NCBI RefSeq assembly: GCF_001447785.1
Contig: NW_015172027.1
Span: 339,843-403,842, forward strand
Source: Gekko japonicus
Taxonomy: Eukaryota
DNA: 64,000 nucleotides
Reading direction: 5' to 3'
Numbering within the stretch: position 1 is the first letter of the stretch; each line of letters opens with the position of its first letter. The translations under genes were made by a program, and so were the position numbers. The notes beneath the pieces are model-generated. The model worked only from the letters and a program-made list of their open reading frames with translations. It was not told where the DNA came from and made no database searches. Below, piece after piece: positions 25,416 to 37,044 of the stretch.

Positions 25416-25937
25416 GCCTGTGGTTGGATTAGATGGTTTTGCTTTCCCTCTCTTCCTCCCTCCCCTCCCTAGCTAAATCCGTGCATGCTGCTGCTTTAAG
25501 AAGCCAAGCCTGACTCTGAGATGGGGCTGGGCTAAGAGGCTTGCAACGCAATGCAATGCAATAGCAGGGAAGGAGATCACAACAGACAGACGTGCACCTG
25601 GGAAGGGGGGGGCACCCCGCAAAGCAGAAGCGACTAGAGGCAAAATCTTGAGAGAGTTTGCAAACGCCGTCACTGCACATTTTTTTTTCTCTTTAAGCCT
25701 GTGGTTGGATTAGATGACCCAGGGGCTTTGCTTTCCCTCTCTTCCTCCCTCCCCTCTCCAGCTAAATCTGTGTGTGCTGCCGCTTTAAGAAGCCAAGCCT
25801 GACTCTGAGATAAGGCCGGGCTAAGATGCTTGCAACATAATGTAATGCAATAGCAGGGAAGGAGATCACAACAGACAGACATGCTCCTGGGAAGGGGGGG
25901 CACCCCGCAAAGCGGAATCGACTAGAGGCAAAATCTT
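25416..25937. repeat. Tandem ~270-bp direct duplication; the second unit is completed at 27526-27588 beyond the HAL1-like insert
   Basis: GCCTGTGGTTGGATTAGATG...GCTTTAAGAAGCCAAGCCTGACTCTGAGAT...ACTAGAGGCAAAATCTT occurs twice. Confidence 0.85.
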
Positions 25938-27525
25938 TTTTTTTTTTAATCCCTTGAAGACAGGGTAGCTTTATTATTTTTTTGTTACACCTAGACACTA
26001 CAGAAAAGAAAAAGGGAAGGGAAAAAGTTAACCCAGGATAAAGGACAGCAAATAAAAAACCCACACTATGACTAAAAACCCAAGAGGGAGGGTCCATAAC
26101 TGTTAGTCTCCTGTTAGTATTCAAAATTAATAGCTTTTCGTTTAAGTCAATGTAATCGGAAATTAGTGAGTTCAAATTAGTATTCTCATCATCGCTTTCT
26201 GTATGTGCTCAAAGTTCTTTCATCCTCATCTTTGCTTGCAGATCTCAAGTTTATAAAGAGTTACTTTGGTCTTCTAAGTCGCAGATCATATGCTTCTTTG
26301 GCCTCGCCACCTGTTGCTCTTTGGTCTCCGTCCCCATCTTCAATGGTATCCGCTCCGCCCTCTCCTTCTTGCTGTTCCTCTTCTTTCACTCCAAAAAACC
26401 GCTTCAACCATTCTTCCGCTTTAAAGACTGAGTCAATTTTTTCCCTTTTGTCTCTGTACTTGAACACGACGCCTTCCGGGAAATTCCAGGAATATGGAAT
26501 TTGATTGATCTGCAGGGTTGAAATCAACTCCTTATATGCTTTTCTTTTTTCACGAACCTCAAACGGGATATCTTTTAAAATCCTGATGGTTGTTGCTCCC
26601 AGCTGCAGGGGATTAGCTGCTGTTGCTTTAAGGATGTCGTCCCTCATCTGTCTTTGGAGAAACTTGATGACAACTTCACCCGGCAGGTTATTCCTTTTAA
26701 TATACTTTGGGTATGGTCGATAGATCACCTCGATTTCTGCTTCCACTTCTGCCGATAAACAGCCTGTCGCCGGTGCAATCAGCTCTGCCATCATCTTTTT
26801 CAAGTTTTCTCCTTGCGATTCTGCTATCCCCTGAAATTTGAGTGTTTTGTTTGCTTTTTCCATTTGAAGGTTCAACAATCTACGTTCCTGTAGATCTTGC
26901 CTCTGCTCAAGCAGACCAACTTTCTTTTTGACTTTCTTGGTATCGTGCACTGTCTCTTTAAGTTTTTCATCTGTTTGGATTGACTTTTTGACCAGCTCGG
27001 CAATCTGCTGCTGTTGCTTTGCTAGGCTTTGATTGGATGTGGTCATCTGTTGGTTAATACCATCAAGTCTCTCGTTTATTGGCTTGAGCAGATCCAATAG
27101 CATAGAGTACAGATCTCCTGTCTCCTCAATTCTCGGACTTTGACCGCCCCGCCCAACTTGTCTGCCTGGTTTTCCCCACGCACCGGCCATTTTCTTCTTT
27201 GTTTACACTAGAAGACCTCCTTCACTCTTCCTCGAAAAAGCGCTTAACTTTTTCTGCAAACGCAGCTAAGTCCTTTTTGCACTCTAACAATCTTCTCCCC
27301 CCCCCCTATTTTCTTTAACACAGTTCAGTTTGTTTGCGCCCGGGAAACTTCCCGGATGCCGCTTTCAGATGGGTGGGGGGGGAAACTTACTTTTAAAACT
27401 TTTTCACTGGACTCTTTCTCCGACTCATTGACAGTCTGCATCCAGACACCTTGTAACTTCGATAAATTGCTGACCCTCACTGCTTGTCCCGGCCGGCATC
27501 AGCTATGCTCGGTAGAAACCGAGCC
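25938..27525 (-). mobile_element. HAL1-like (ORF1-only) L1 derivative with poly(A) and 17-bp TSD
   Basis: TSD ACTAGAGGCAAAATCTT at 25921-25937 and 27526-27542. Intact ORF1; AATAAA about 25 nt before the poly(A) (plus-strand T run from 25936); no ORF2 start in the 3' UTR. Confidence 0.85.
26261..27190 (-). CDS. L1-type ORF1p, intact, 309 aa
   Basis: Coiled coil, then IRILKDIPFEVREKRKAY, YSWNFPEGV and KIDSVFKA, homologous to the ORF1 at 18931. Confidence 0.88.
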   Translation of the reverse strand: MAGAWGKPGRQVGRGGQSPRIEETGDLYSMLLDLLKPINERLDGINQQMTTSNQSLAKQQQQIAELVKKSIQTDEKLKETVHDTKKVKKKVGLLEQRQDLQERRLLNLQMEKANKTLKFQGIAESQGENLKKMMAELIAPATGCLSAEVEAEIEVIYRPYPKYIKRNNLPGEVVIKFLQRQMRDDILKATAANPLQLGATTIRILKDIPFEVREKRKAYKELISTLQINQIPYSWNFPEGVVFKYRDKREKIDSVFKAEEWLKRFFGVKEEEQQEGEGGADTIEDGDGDQRATGGEAKEAYDLRLRRPK

Positions 27526-27897
27526 ACTAGAGGCAAAATCTTGAGAGAGTTTGTAAACGCCGTCACTGTACTTTTTTTTTCTCTTTAAATTTTAAAACCA
27601 AACCAATTTCACTTTTGCATCATATTACAGAGCCGGTCCGTATTTAAAAGTTTTTTGGGGGAGGGGAGGAGAGGGGGCTTTTAGCGACTTTGATCTCTGC
27701 CTCAGATTTGCAGCAGACAAAGCTAGACAAAGGCAAGGGGGTGGTTGCCGAGTCAAGAGCGGGGGGTGGGGGTGGCGGCTGGGTGCAGAGGAGAGCAGTG
27801 CGGACCAGGCTCGTTTCCCCCGAACCCCCATTTTCTAATCAGCATCCTCCTGCAAATTGCGTCCCCCCCATGCCTTGCGGCCGATAAAGGAGCCAAG

Positions 27898-27963
27898 ATG
27901 GGGTTTTTGCACCAACTCTACCTCTTGCTGTGGAAGAATGTGACCCTCAAGCGACGGAGTCTG
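27898..27963 (+). pseudogene. ABCA2: ABCA2-like first coding exon, apparently orphaned
   Basis: Kozak [32 protein letters not shown] then GTTAGT donor (66 nt, phase 0). Matches the ABCA2 N-terminus [22 protein letters not shown] as recalled. No next exon (WVLAFEIFIP) found by eye. Confidence 0.8.
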
Positions 27964-28102
27964 GTTAGTGATTGCCTCTTCTCCTGCTTCCTCCTGGCCG
28001 GAAGCGGGGCGGCAGGAAGCAGGGGGTGGGGCTTAGTCGTGTGCCCCGCCCTCACCCGGGGGATCGGCGATCCCCCACATTCCCCCCCAACCGACCTCTG
28101 AA

Positions 28103-29900
28103 TCAACTCTGGATGTAGGTATTCTTTAGCATATATTACTACTACTCTTTTTTTCTTCTCATCTGATGCTGCAAAAGCTGTGCCCAGTTTTTATTCTATA
28201 ATATTTTATTTCATCTTTCCTAATGTGTGTCTCTTGAAGACATGTTATGTCTGCTTGTAGTTTGTGGATTTGGTGAAAAAAAATTCTTCTTTTTTGAGGG
28301 CTATTCAGTCAGTTCATGTTTATTGATAAAATTTGAAAAAAATTATTCTGGCCCATTTTTGTTTCTATAATCTCTGGCCTTGTATCTGGTTAGCATCTGG
28401 TAGGGTATATTTGATCTCTCCCCCCCCCCTTTTAAGATTTCTTTTCATCTTTTTCTTTTTCTTCTTCTTATCTCGATTTTTCTTCTTCTAAATCTGTTTC
28501 TTCTCCCTCCCTATCGTCTCCTTCTTCTTTCTGCCATCCCAGATCCTCCCCAAATTTTTCCAGAAAATTCCCAACTTTGAAAATAGAGTCAATTTTTTGT
28601 CTTCTCCCTCAAATCTCAAAAAGTATTCCTTCAGGTATTAACCACCAAAATTGGATGTTATTTGATCTTAGTAAGTCCGTTAGAATGTAATAATTTTGTC
28701 TCTTTACTCTTACCCTCCAAGGGATTTCTTTCAGTATTTTAATCTCTTCCTCTCAGATTGTAACTTTATTTTGGCTCGCCTGTTTCAAATTTTTTCTTTG
28801 ATTTCTTTTTTATAGAATTTTATATGGACTTCTCCTGGTATTTTATGTTTCTTCACATAGGCCGAGTTTCTTCTGAAAGTTGACTCAATTTCTGAGGCAA
28901 TTTCTTCCTTTGTCCCTATTTCAAGTTGAGAAGCAAAGCTCTGTGCTATTTCTTCTTTCAGATCTTTATCCACACTTTCTGGTATGTTCTGACATCTAAG
29001 TATAAGAGCTGCTTTGTCCATTTCCAGGGATATCAGAGATTCTTCTATCTTATCTCCCTTAATTTTTAATTCCTGAATTTCATAGTCTAATTCACGCACT
29101 TTTTTTGTTAACTCATTACTATTAGATATCGTTAACATTTCTTGTTTATTTTCTAGTATTTGTTTTTTAATTTCATCAGTTTCTGATTTAATTTGATTTG
29201 ACATTTCTTCCATCTTCACTCTTAGAGGTTCAATTTGTGTTGATAAATCCATCTTTTCTCTTATTGGATCAGTTTTTTCTTAATTGCTTGAGTTACACAC
29301 TCTTGGATCATTAGATTTAAATCTTTCATATTCATTTGTGGAAGAGACATTGTGCTTGTTTTGAGTTGGGTTAAATTACCTATTTGACTTGGTGATGTAA
29401 TGATTGTTTCCTAGATCCACTAGATCTTGAGGCCATTAATTACTAATTAGGAATTAATTGATAGTTATTCAATTTATTAGTATGTTTAATATGTCTTTGT
29501 ATAGTCCTGTATGTCTAGTGATTTTCTATTAATATTCTGTAACTTTCCTTATTCCTTAGGTGAGATACTAGCAGGCCTAGTGATAGGGCCGGTCCTGCTG
29601 ATGTTCTTTGGGGGGATTCCCTTATTATGTAGATTAAATTCAAAATCTTGTTTTTGTGTGTCCCTTCTCCCTAATTTGGGTTCAGGTCGTGACCTGTGGC
29701 TGGCCCTGTTTTAGTGCCTTAAGGATATCCAATGTAAACCTCAGCAGGCTGGTTAATATTGCTGTATCCACCACTTGCCCAAGTTAAAGGCTAGATGAGC
29801 AGGAGTCTACTAGAATTCAGGCATATTCCACTGTGTGTGTCTTGAGGAGAGGCCCCTGGTGTGATTAAATACAGAACCATCCAAACCATCCCTGAAAAAG
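28103..29900 (-). mobile_element. Decayed L1 5' part (UTR, broken ORF1, start of ORF2 endonuclease); 5' boundary uncertain
   Basis: ORF 28785-29252 (LEMDKAALILRCQNIPES) is homologous to the 18931 ORF1; CLQETH endonuclease motif near 28230. Confidence 0.8.
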
Positions 29901-30773
29901 AGACTTTGATATTTGAGTGCTTATGTGTTAGGCAATGAAACCGGTCCATGTATCGAGATCAGAGCTTCTGCATAGTTTGGCTACTCTGAATGCATTATTT
30001 TAAAACTTTAAAAAACACATAAGCTCTATAAAGGATGCCTGATGGAGAGCATGTTTATAGCCCTCCAAGAAGGAACAGGATGTGGAATGTCCTTTAAGAA
30101 AGTAAAAAGCAAAAGAGAAAACAATGGGGGAATTGTTCTGCTTGCAGGGTTGCCGGGTCTGGGTTGGAAGATACCTGGAGACTTTGGGGGTAGATCCAGG
30201 AGAGGGCGGGGTTTGGGGAGGGGAGGGGCCTCAGCATGGCACAAGGCCACAGAGTCCACCCGCCAAAGCAGCCATTTTCTCCAGGGGAGCTGATCTCTGT
30301 CAGCTGGAGATCAGTTGTAAATGCGGGAGATCTCCAGGCCCCACCTGGAGGCTGGCAAACCTTTCTGCTTGAGCCTCTGAAAACTTCTTTCAACCTGAAG
30401 CGGAAGTTCTAGGTCAGCATGGGCGGATTTCCTTATGCTTTATCCTTCCATTAATTTCTCACAGCATCCACAAATTGTAATTTATACAGAAATACCATAT
30501 TTTTTGCTCCATAAGACGCACTTTTCCCCATCCTCTACCCTCCCATTAATTTCTCACAGCATCCACAAATTGTAATATTATATAGAAATAAATAAAGGAA
30601 AGGACACCATGTAGACCAGGGTGCACATTTTATCTTTCATCTCCCACCTTATCAAGACATTAAGCCATGGCAAAATTGGATGAATACATGAGAAGATCAG
30701 CTCCAGCCTCCTAAATCACATGCCTGCTCAAAGAGTATGAAAGAAGCCCAGAACTTCAGTATCTTCTGCCATC

Positions 30774-30964
30774 TCAAACCCCTCTGGAAGGCCGGGTACA
30801 GTTAGCAGGAGGGAAAGGAGAAGGGTCTCGTCCATTGCATTTCTCAGTGTGGCAACAAGTGACAATCTGAATCTCATCGATCTTAGGAAACATGTAAAGT
30901 GTGTTACATTCATCGTCATTCCACTCACTGACACATCCATTAGTCACTTCAATAAGGTTTTTAC
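30774..30964 (-). CDS. Three-finger gene 1, terminal exon
   Basis: CCCCCTCACAG acceptor, phase 1; (G)KNLIEVTNGCVSEWNDDECNTLYMFPKIDEIQIVTCCHTEKCNGRDPSPFPPANCTRPSRGV* with the diagnostic CCxxxxCN. Confidence 0.9.
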
Positions 30965-32256
30965 CTGTGAGGGGGAAAAAGACAATATTGTGAGCCTGAC
31001 TATGGGTGGTAATAATGTCACAGAGCAGCTCAAAAGAATATGAGCCGGGGGCAAATATGAGGAACTACTGAGTAAATTGCACATCCTAATCATAGTTTTG
31101 ATTTACTTGAAGTACCAACTTTGGTGGCCTTTATTTCCCGGAAACTACCCAGCACTCGCATCCTAATTGTCTGTGGGAAATTCTGCATCTAGCATTCGCT
31201 TCACATTTTCTCAACTGGGAGGGAAAAGTGCAGCTCAACACCACATTCAAATACCTCAGGGCAATGCCACCATACTGACTGCAAAGCCACCCCTGAACGG
31301 CCCTAAAATGGCCATAAACCTATGCAGAAGGTACCATAAAATCCAACTATCAAAGAACTCAAAAGTGACATGGGGTGTGGAAACTTAAAACCCAATAATC
31401 AAAGGAAGTGAAAGCAGCATGCAATGCAGGGGGGAATTTCTGTTCCAATGTTGGTTTCGTAAAACAACGGAGGGAAAAGCCAATGCAGAATCAGCCTGTA
31501 TCTTCAGAGCACTTCCCCAAAGAGGGAGCTGCTGTACCATCATGCTAGATAGCCACACGGTGGCAGCACTGCAGGAAAATGTAAGGTTCTATTATACCCC
31601 ATGCCAGGGGTCATTTCATAGAAAAAGAGGTGCAGGAGCTCATTAGCATAACCTATTAGCATAACTTATTTGCATATGCCACACCCTCTGACATCACCGG
31701 AAGTGTGTCAGAAGGCAACACCCACCGCTCAGGCTCTACTGGACTGTTTTGGATGGCTAGCTATTGGAGGGGGAGAACATTCAGATCTGTCCTCGCAGAG
31801 GAGGGAAAGCTTGTACCTGGATAAAATTTGGTCTTAAAGGTGCCACTGGACTGTTTTGGACCGGGGGGCCAGGGGGAGCTCTGCAACTTACCTGGCTGCT
31901 TCTTGCTCTGACTGAGGGCTGCTGGGAGCAGGGGGTGTGGCTTGTTGCATGTGCCCGCCCCCTGGGCTCTTTACTGCCGGAGCTCTGCTCCTGTGCACTC
32001 CTGCAGGAAATGACCCCTGCCCCATGCAGTTCAGGCAGCTCAAGATGGGTCATGTGTCTTGTGAGTAAAGACTCTCCCCCCCCCCACCCCGCTGCCGCTA
32101 CTTTAGTTAGCCTGGATTTTTAGGATACCCTTACTGATTTGGTATTCTGATTTGCAGTGTTTTTTTGGTACCCAAATTTCTGCCATTTACAATGCTCATA
32201 GAGGATGGTGGTGGTGAGGGGAAGGTCTGAAATGCATTTCCTAAGCTGCTGACAAT

Positions 32257-32553
32257 GAAGAAGAAGAAGAAGAGGAAGAAGAGATTGGATTTATACCATG
32301 TCCTTCACTACCCAAAGGAGTCTCAGAGCGGCTTACAAACTCCTTTCCTTTCCCCTCCCCACAACAGACACTCTGTGAGGTAGGTGGGGCCGAGAGAACT
32401 CTGACAGAGACTGCTCTTTTTCAAGAACAGCTGTGCCAGAATTATGGCTTGCCCAAGGTCATCCAGTCAGGTGCAAGTGGAGGAGTGGGGAATCAAACCC
32501 GGTTCTCCCAGATTAGAGTCCGCGCATTTAACCACTACACCAAACTGGCTCTC
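32257..32553 (-). mobile_element. Full-length Squam3-like tRNA-derived SINE
   Basis: Box A TGGTGTAGTGG, box B GGTTTGATTCC, body CCTCACAGAGTGTCTGTTGTGGGG, (TTC)n tail. Confidence 0.85.
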
Positions 32554-34312
32554 TGGGCTGCCTGGTTTGGTCATTCCTTTTGTTTTAAAGTGTAAATCAG
32601 TGATACTTAGTATCTTGGGTGCCATCTGTGGCTCTTCTGAGTGTCATTCCCAATGTGGCATTTGCCCCTTGTTCTGGGAGAATGAACAATGCTATTTCCT
32701 GGTTAGACTTGTGGTTAGTGTAGGCTAGGCCCAGAGACCTGAATATGTTATTGTTAAAGATCAATGGTTCATAGGCCTCCATGATCAGAAACCAATGTGT
32801 TTCAAAACGGACACGATTTTTTTTCCTTTGCAAGAGAACTAGCAATCTCAAAGGAATGCACCAACAGGTAACACTGAGAAATGAATAGGTTGTGTGAAAG
32901 TTCTTTCTGTCTGCTAAAATGTTGCAAATGAAGTCTGAAGCAGCGTTTATCACAGGAGAAAAATGGCTCCTGTTTTGAACTGTTTGAAAGCAAAACCATC
33001 TCGGTATTGCAAAGGGATTTAAAATGCTATAGTTTTAAACTCCGTATTTTATAAACATTCATAATGTAAGTGAACTTAATCTTAACATGAGGGTAACCTG
33101 AATTGTTTATAACCAATGTGTTTAATAAGGCAACCTATAATCAAAATGCTTGAAAGCCATGATTAATATCCTATCCTATATATAGAACTGCCCTACATAT
33201 TGGCACTTCCCAGCTCTCCCATTGGCTGTGCTGTGCACTCCATCAGCCATTGGACAATCAACCGCCTCTCAAGAGTACTCATGTGCAGGTGCTGGATCCA
33301 CTTCTCTCCCCCGCCCACTGCCAGCCTCAACACTCTTCCCTGACAGAATAAACTGCCAAAACGGCTGTCTCTCCTGACAAAGATGCTTCTCCTGCTTGTC
33401 TCCTGTGGGATTAACTTTTCCCTCAGTGGCTGTTGCTAGGCAACCAAGCTTGGTTCTGTCAGTAAAAAGGCAAAGGCAGGAGGCCCTTTGTGGGGAACTC
33501 ATTGGGGTAGGTCCTGACTAGGGTTGCCAGCTCCAGGTTGGGAAATTCCTGGAGATTTTGCGGTGGAGTCTATGGAAGCCAGAGTTTGGGGAGGGAGGAG
33601 TCCTTAGCTGAATAGAATGTCATAGATTCCATCCTGCAAAGCAGTTATTTTCTCCCAGGGAACTGTTGCTGCCAATCTCCAGGTGAGGGCTAGAGATCAC
33701 TCAGAATTAAAATTGTTCTCTAGTTGAGAGAGATCAGTTCCCTTGGAGAAAATGTCTGCTTTGCAGGGTAGATTCTGTGTCATACCCTGCTGAGGTTGCT
33801 TCCCACCTTCTTGGGTCCACACTACGGAGAAAGACTGTACTTTTCCTAGGCAGAGGCTGCAGGTGGAGGGGGGAGACGGAAAGCTAAAGTCAGAGGGGCA
33901 GATAATGGTACGTTGTTGGTTGGCTGGGAAGGCGATAGGGTTGCCAACTCCAGGTTGGGAAATTCATGGAGATTTGAGGGGTGGGGCCTGGAGAGGGTAG
34001 GGTTTGAGGAGGGGTGGGACCTCAGACAGGTACAATGCCATAGACTCCACCCTCCAAACCAGCCATTTCCTCCTGGGAATTCCAAAGGGTGGCGGGAGCT
34101 TGGGGAGGCAAACAAATAATGGTCCTTTTAAAAGAAGCCTCATGCTTCTACAAACTTTGAAATTAAGCCATGCAGCCCTAGAAAGGGGGGGGCTATGAAA
34201 TAATTGGCTTATGTGCAGAGTCAGGCATCTTTGAGAACTCCAGAAGGGCACCAGATAGGGTCAACCAGTGTTTCAACTGAAACTTCTACGCTGTAAATAA
34301 TTCTTGATAAGA

Positions 34313-34440
34313 CACCTGCATTCAGCAAGAAATGCAAAAGCCCTTTCTTGTCTAAGATGATGAGAAGCAAGAGAAATGTTGCAACGTGGGTCTCCGTAAG
34401 AAGTCTTTGAGTGCCAATGTAACATTCTAAAGCCTCAAAA
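34313..34440 (-). pseudogene. Possible relic LU exon in intron 2 of gene 1
   Basis: FEALECY, then after a frameshift ..HSKTSYGDPRCNIS; preceded by a pyrimidine tract lacking the expected AG; ends CAG|GT. Confidence 0.3.
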
Positions 34441-35655
34441 TATGGCAGATGGGAGGGGGGACAGTGCAAAGAAGAATGGCTTTTCATAAAACCTTATGCA
34501 GACTTTGAAATTAAGCCTTTAATAAATCATGCAAGCCTCTATATGTTCTAAAATGTCTCTAAATGCCCCAATATGTTGAAACTGATTAGAGTAAGCATAT
34601 CAATTAATTGCATTTAGTTTGATTTGGGAAAAGCTCATAACTAAAGCAATAGATGCCAGCAGAGAAAGCCTGCTGCATTCCTATGGGAGGGGCAAATGGC
34701 AAACGCTATAGCCTACATGAGAACTAATGTTGCTTCTGAATTACACAACACGTATCCCTTGTGTTAGACTCTCTAATGAGAAGGCCTTTGTTTTGTAAAA
34801 GTAATTTCTTTGTCCTAAGGTATAGATGGCTGGCACATTCTAGGGGGGGGGATCTTCAAAGAGTATATGTCTCAAGACTCTCTGTTTGTGTAGCACTCAT
34901 AGCAATGCTTTGTTCACTGAATGATATCTAAATGACTGGGAACAAAACTGAAAAGTACTGAGTTAGGACACGTGGCACAGTAATCAGCTCATAGTTTATT
35001 ATACTCCCAAACCTAAAGGCAATCTGGCCGGTCCTCGACCGGCTTATATCTGTGCACACACACACACACTAACACCCCCCCACTCCAGTAATAGGTTCTA
35101 TTTACACTACTCAGTCCCCATAGGTCCATCCTAGAATCCACACAAGTCCATTGGTCTGTGTTCGGATTCTACCTGTCTATTGTTTCAGACCTGAAGGTCT
35201 GCTTGACCGCATGGCCTCACTAGCACTGGTGTGGCCATCTTAATATATAACAAAACCTTTGAAACATTGGTTTGAAACACTTTATCGCTGGCAAGTGGAA
35301 AACAACATTGTTTAAAAGTGCTGATGGGTATGGTCATTGTCTGTATGTGTAAGGAAAACGAAGAGATTGTAAATAGGCATGCTCCAGATTTCAGACAAAG
35401 GAAACTGAACTGAGCATGCCTGGTTGATGTCATAAGGGGAGGTCTTGACATGTCATGATGGAAGGATTACCAGAAGGTATAAAAGATGTAACCCAATTTT
35501 ACTAAGTTGAACTCTTTGACTTGACACTGAGCTGAATGGGTTCCCTTTATTAATAAAGCTTTCTTTCTTCTTGCTACTCTGCCTCCTCCCTGTTGGTGTG
35601 ACTAACTGGCTTAGGCCACACCAGTCAAAGGACCCCAAAGCTTGGGGCGTGGACT

Positions 35656-35837
35656 CAGGGCTCTTTTTGTAGCAGGAACTCCTTTGCATATTAGGTGACA
35701 CACCCCTAATGTAGCCAATCCTCCAAGAGCTTACAATAGCCCCTGTAAGAAGAGCTCTGCAAGCTCTTGGAGGATTGACTACATTAGGGGTGTGTCACCT
35801 AATATGCAAAGGAGTTCCTGCTACAAAAAGAGCCCAG
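35656..35837. mobile_element. Palindromic MITE (hAT-like CAGGGCT ends); partial copy at ~37775-37870
   Basis: ~75-bp arms GGGCTCTTTTTGTAGCAGGAACTCCTTTGCATATTAGG... are near-perfect reverse complements. Confidence 0.8.
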
Positions 35838-36924
35838 GGTGTGGTTTACATTAGCAGGTGGTTTGGTTCTTGAATAAGCGACTGCTGGAGGATAGGGAGG
35901 ATGGATAAGCAGTGATGTTCCCAGAGCTGATAAAGAGACCAACAGCCGATAACCATCTCACTCCCCACAGCCTTTAAATCAGGGCTGCTTACTACACAAC
36001 TCCCAAAGAGCCTCACTGGCAGTCGTTATCAACTGGAAGAGCCACATAACTCCCACATGCCCTGCTCACCACACTGTCAAACACACACATACAATACAAG
36101 AGAACAATTAATATTAATTTTACACAACAATTAAGATGAAATATATACATTTAGATATATAAAATAAATTTAGGGAGATTGATTGCTGTCACTCCTGGCA
36201 TTTTGGAAATGTTTGGGGGGACTCTGGACAGACTCAAGCCACCACAAGCAAGCTTTTTCTGTTATATGTTAGACTTGGGGAAACCCCAACTTGTATTTAT
36301 TTGTTTAATTTAGACCCCCCCTCCCCTCCCCCAAAGCAGGCTCAGGGCGGTTTTGTCTCCCACATTCACTCTCATGTCCAATATCCTAGTTTCTGGCCCA
36401 ATCACTGGCCAGTTCACTTATCTTCCAAGATAATTCCCCCCCCCTTTATTTGACCTCCTTTTAACTGCCAGCCCAGATATTGCGGGAACTGATGGAACTT
36501 AGCCCAGGGAGGATCTGGGTCTCATGGTATGAGGAGGTTAGTGCCATGAGGAAATGTGTCCAGAAATCAGTATGTATCTGTTCAAACTTCTCCTTAGCTG
36601 GACTCAAGCTCAGGAAGAGATTCTTCTAAGGATGAAACCATAATGAGCTATCAGGGTGGGGCGAGTTTATAGTACTCAGGATTTGCCCAGCATCACAAAA
36701 TTTTCCCTGAGCTCCTGTACTCTGAGTCATCCAGAGCCTGTTCCTGAAGTCTCAGCTCAAAAAGAGGTTGTGAACTCACCAGACGCAGTCAGCTGCCCCT
36801 CTCTATTGTAAGGCCAGATCCCAGACCACCAGCCCCATGTCGCCTCCCAGTACCTGGAAGGAGTGGGGAAAGAAAAGGATCTAGTCCACTTGCAGCTCCA
36901 AGATTTTGTGTTCATTGAGCATAC

Positions 36925-37044
36925 CTGTAGGAGCTTCGTAAATCGTTTTTGTGTAACATCTCCCCATCTTGGATGTGCATGAGTTCTTGGTACGACAGTT
37001 CTCAATAGATGCAGATAGGCATTCATTACAGAGGAGTTCTTGGG
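36925..37044 (-). CDS. Three-finger gene 1, first LU-domain exon
   Basis: CCTCCCAG acceptor; 120 nt, phase 1-1; (A)QELLCNECLSASIENCRTKNSCTSKMGRCYTKTIYEAPT(G) with 5 Cys; donor GTATGC. Confidence 0.9.
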
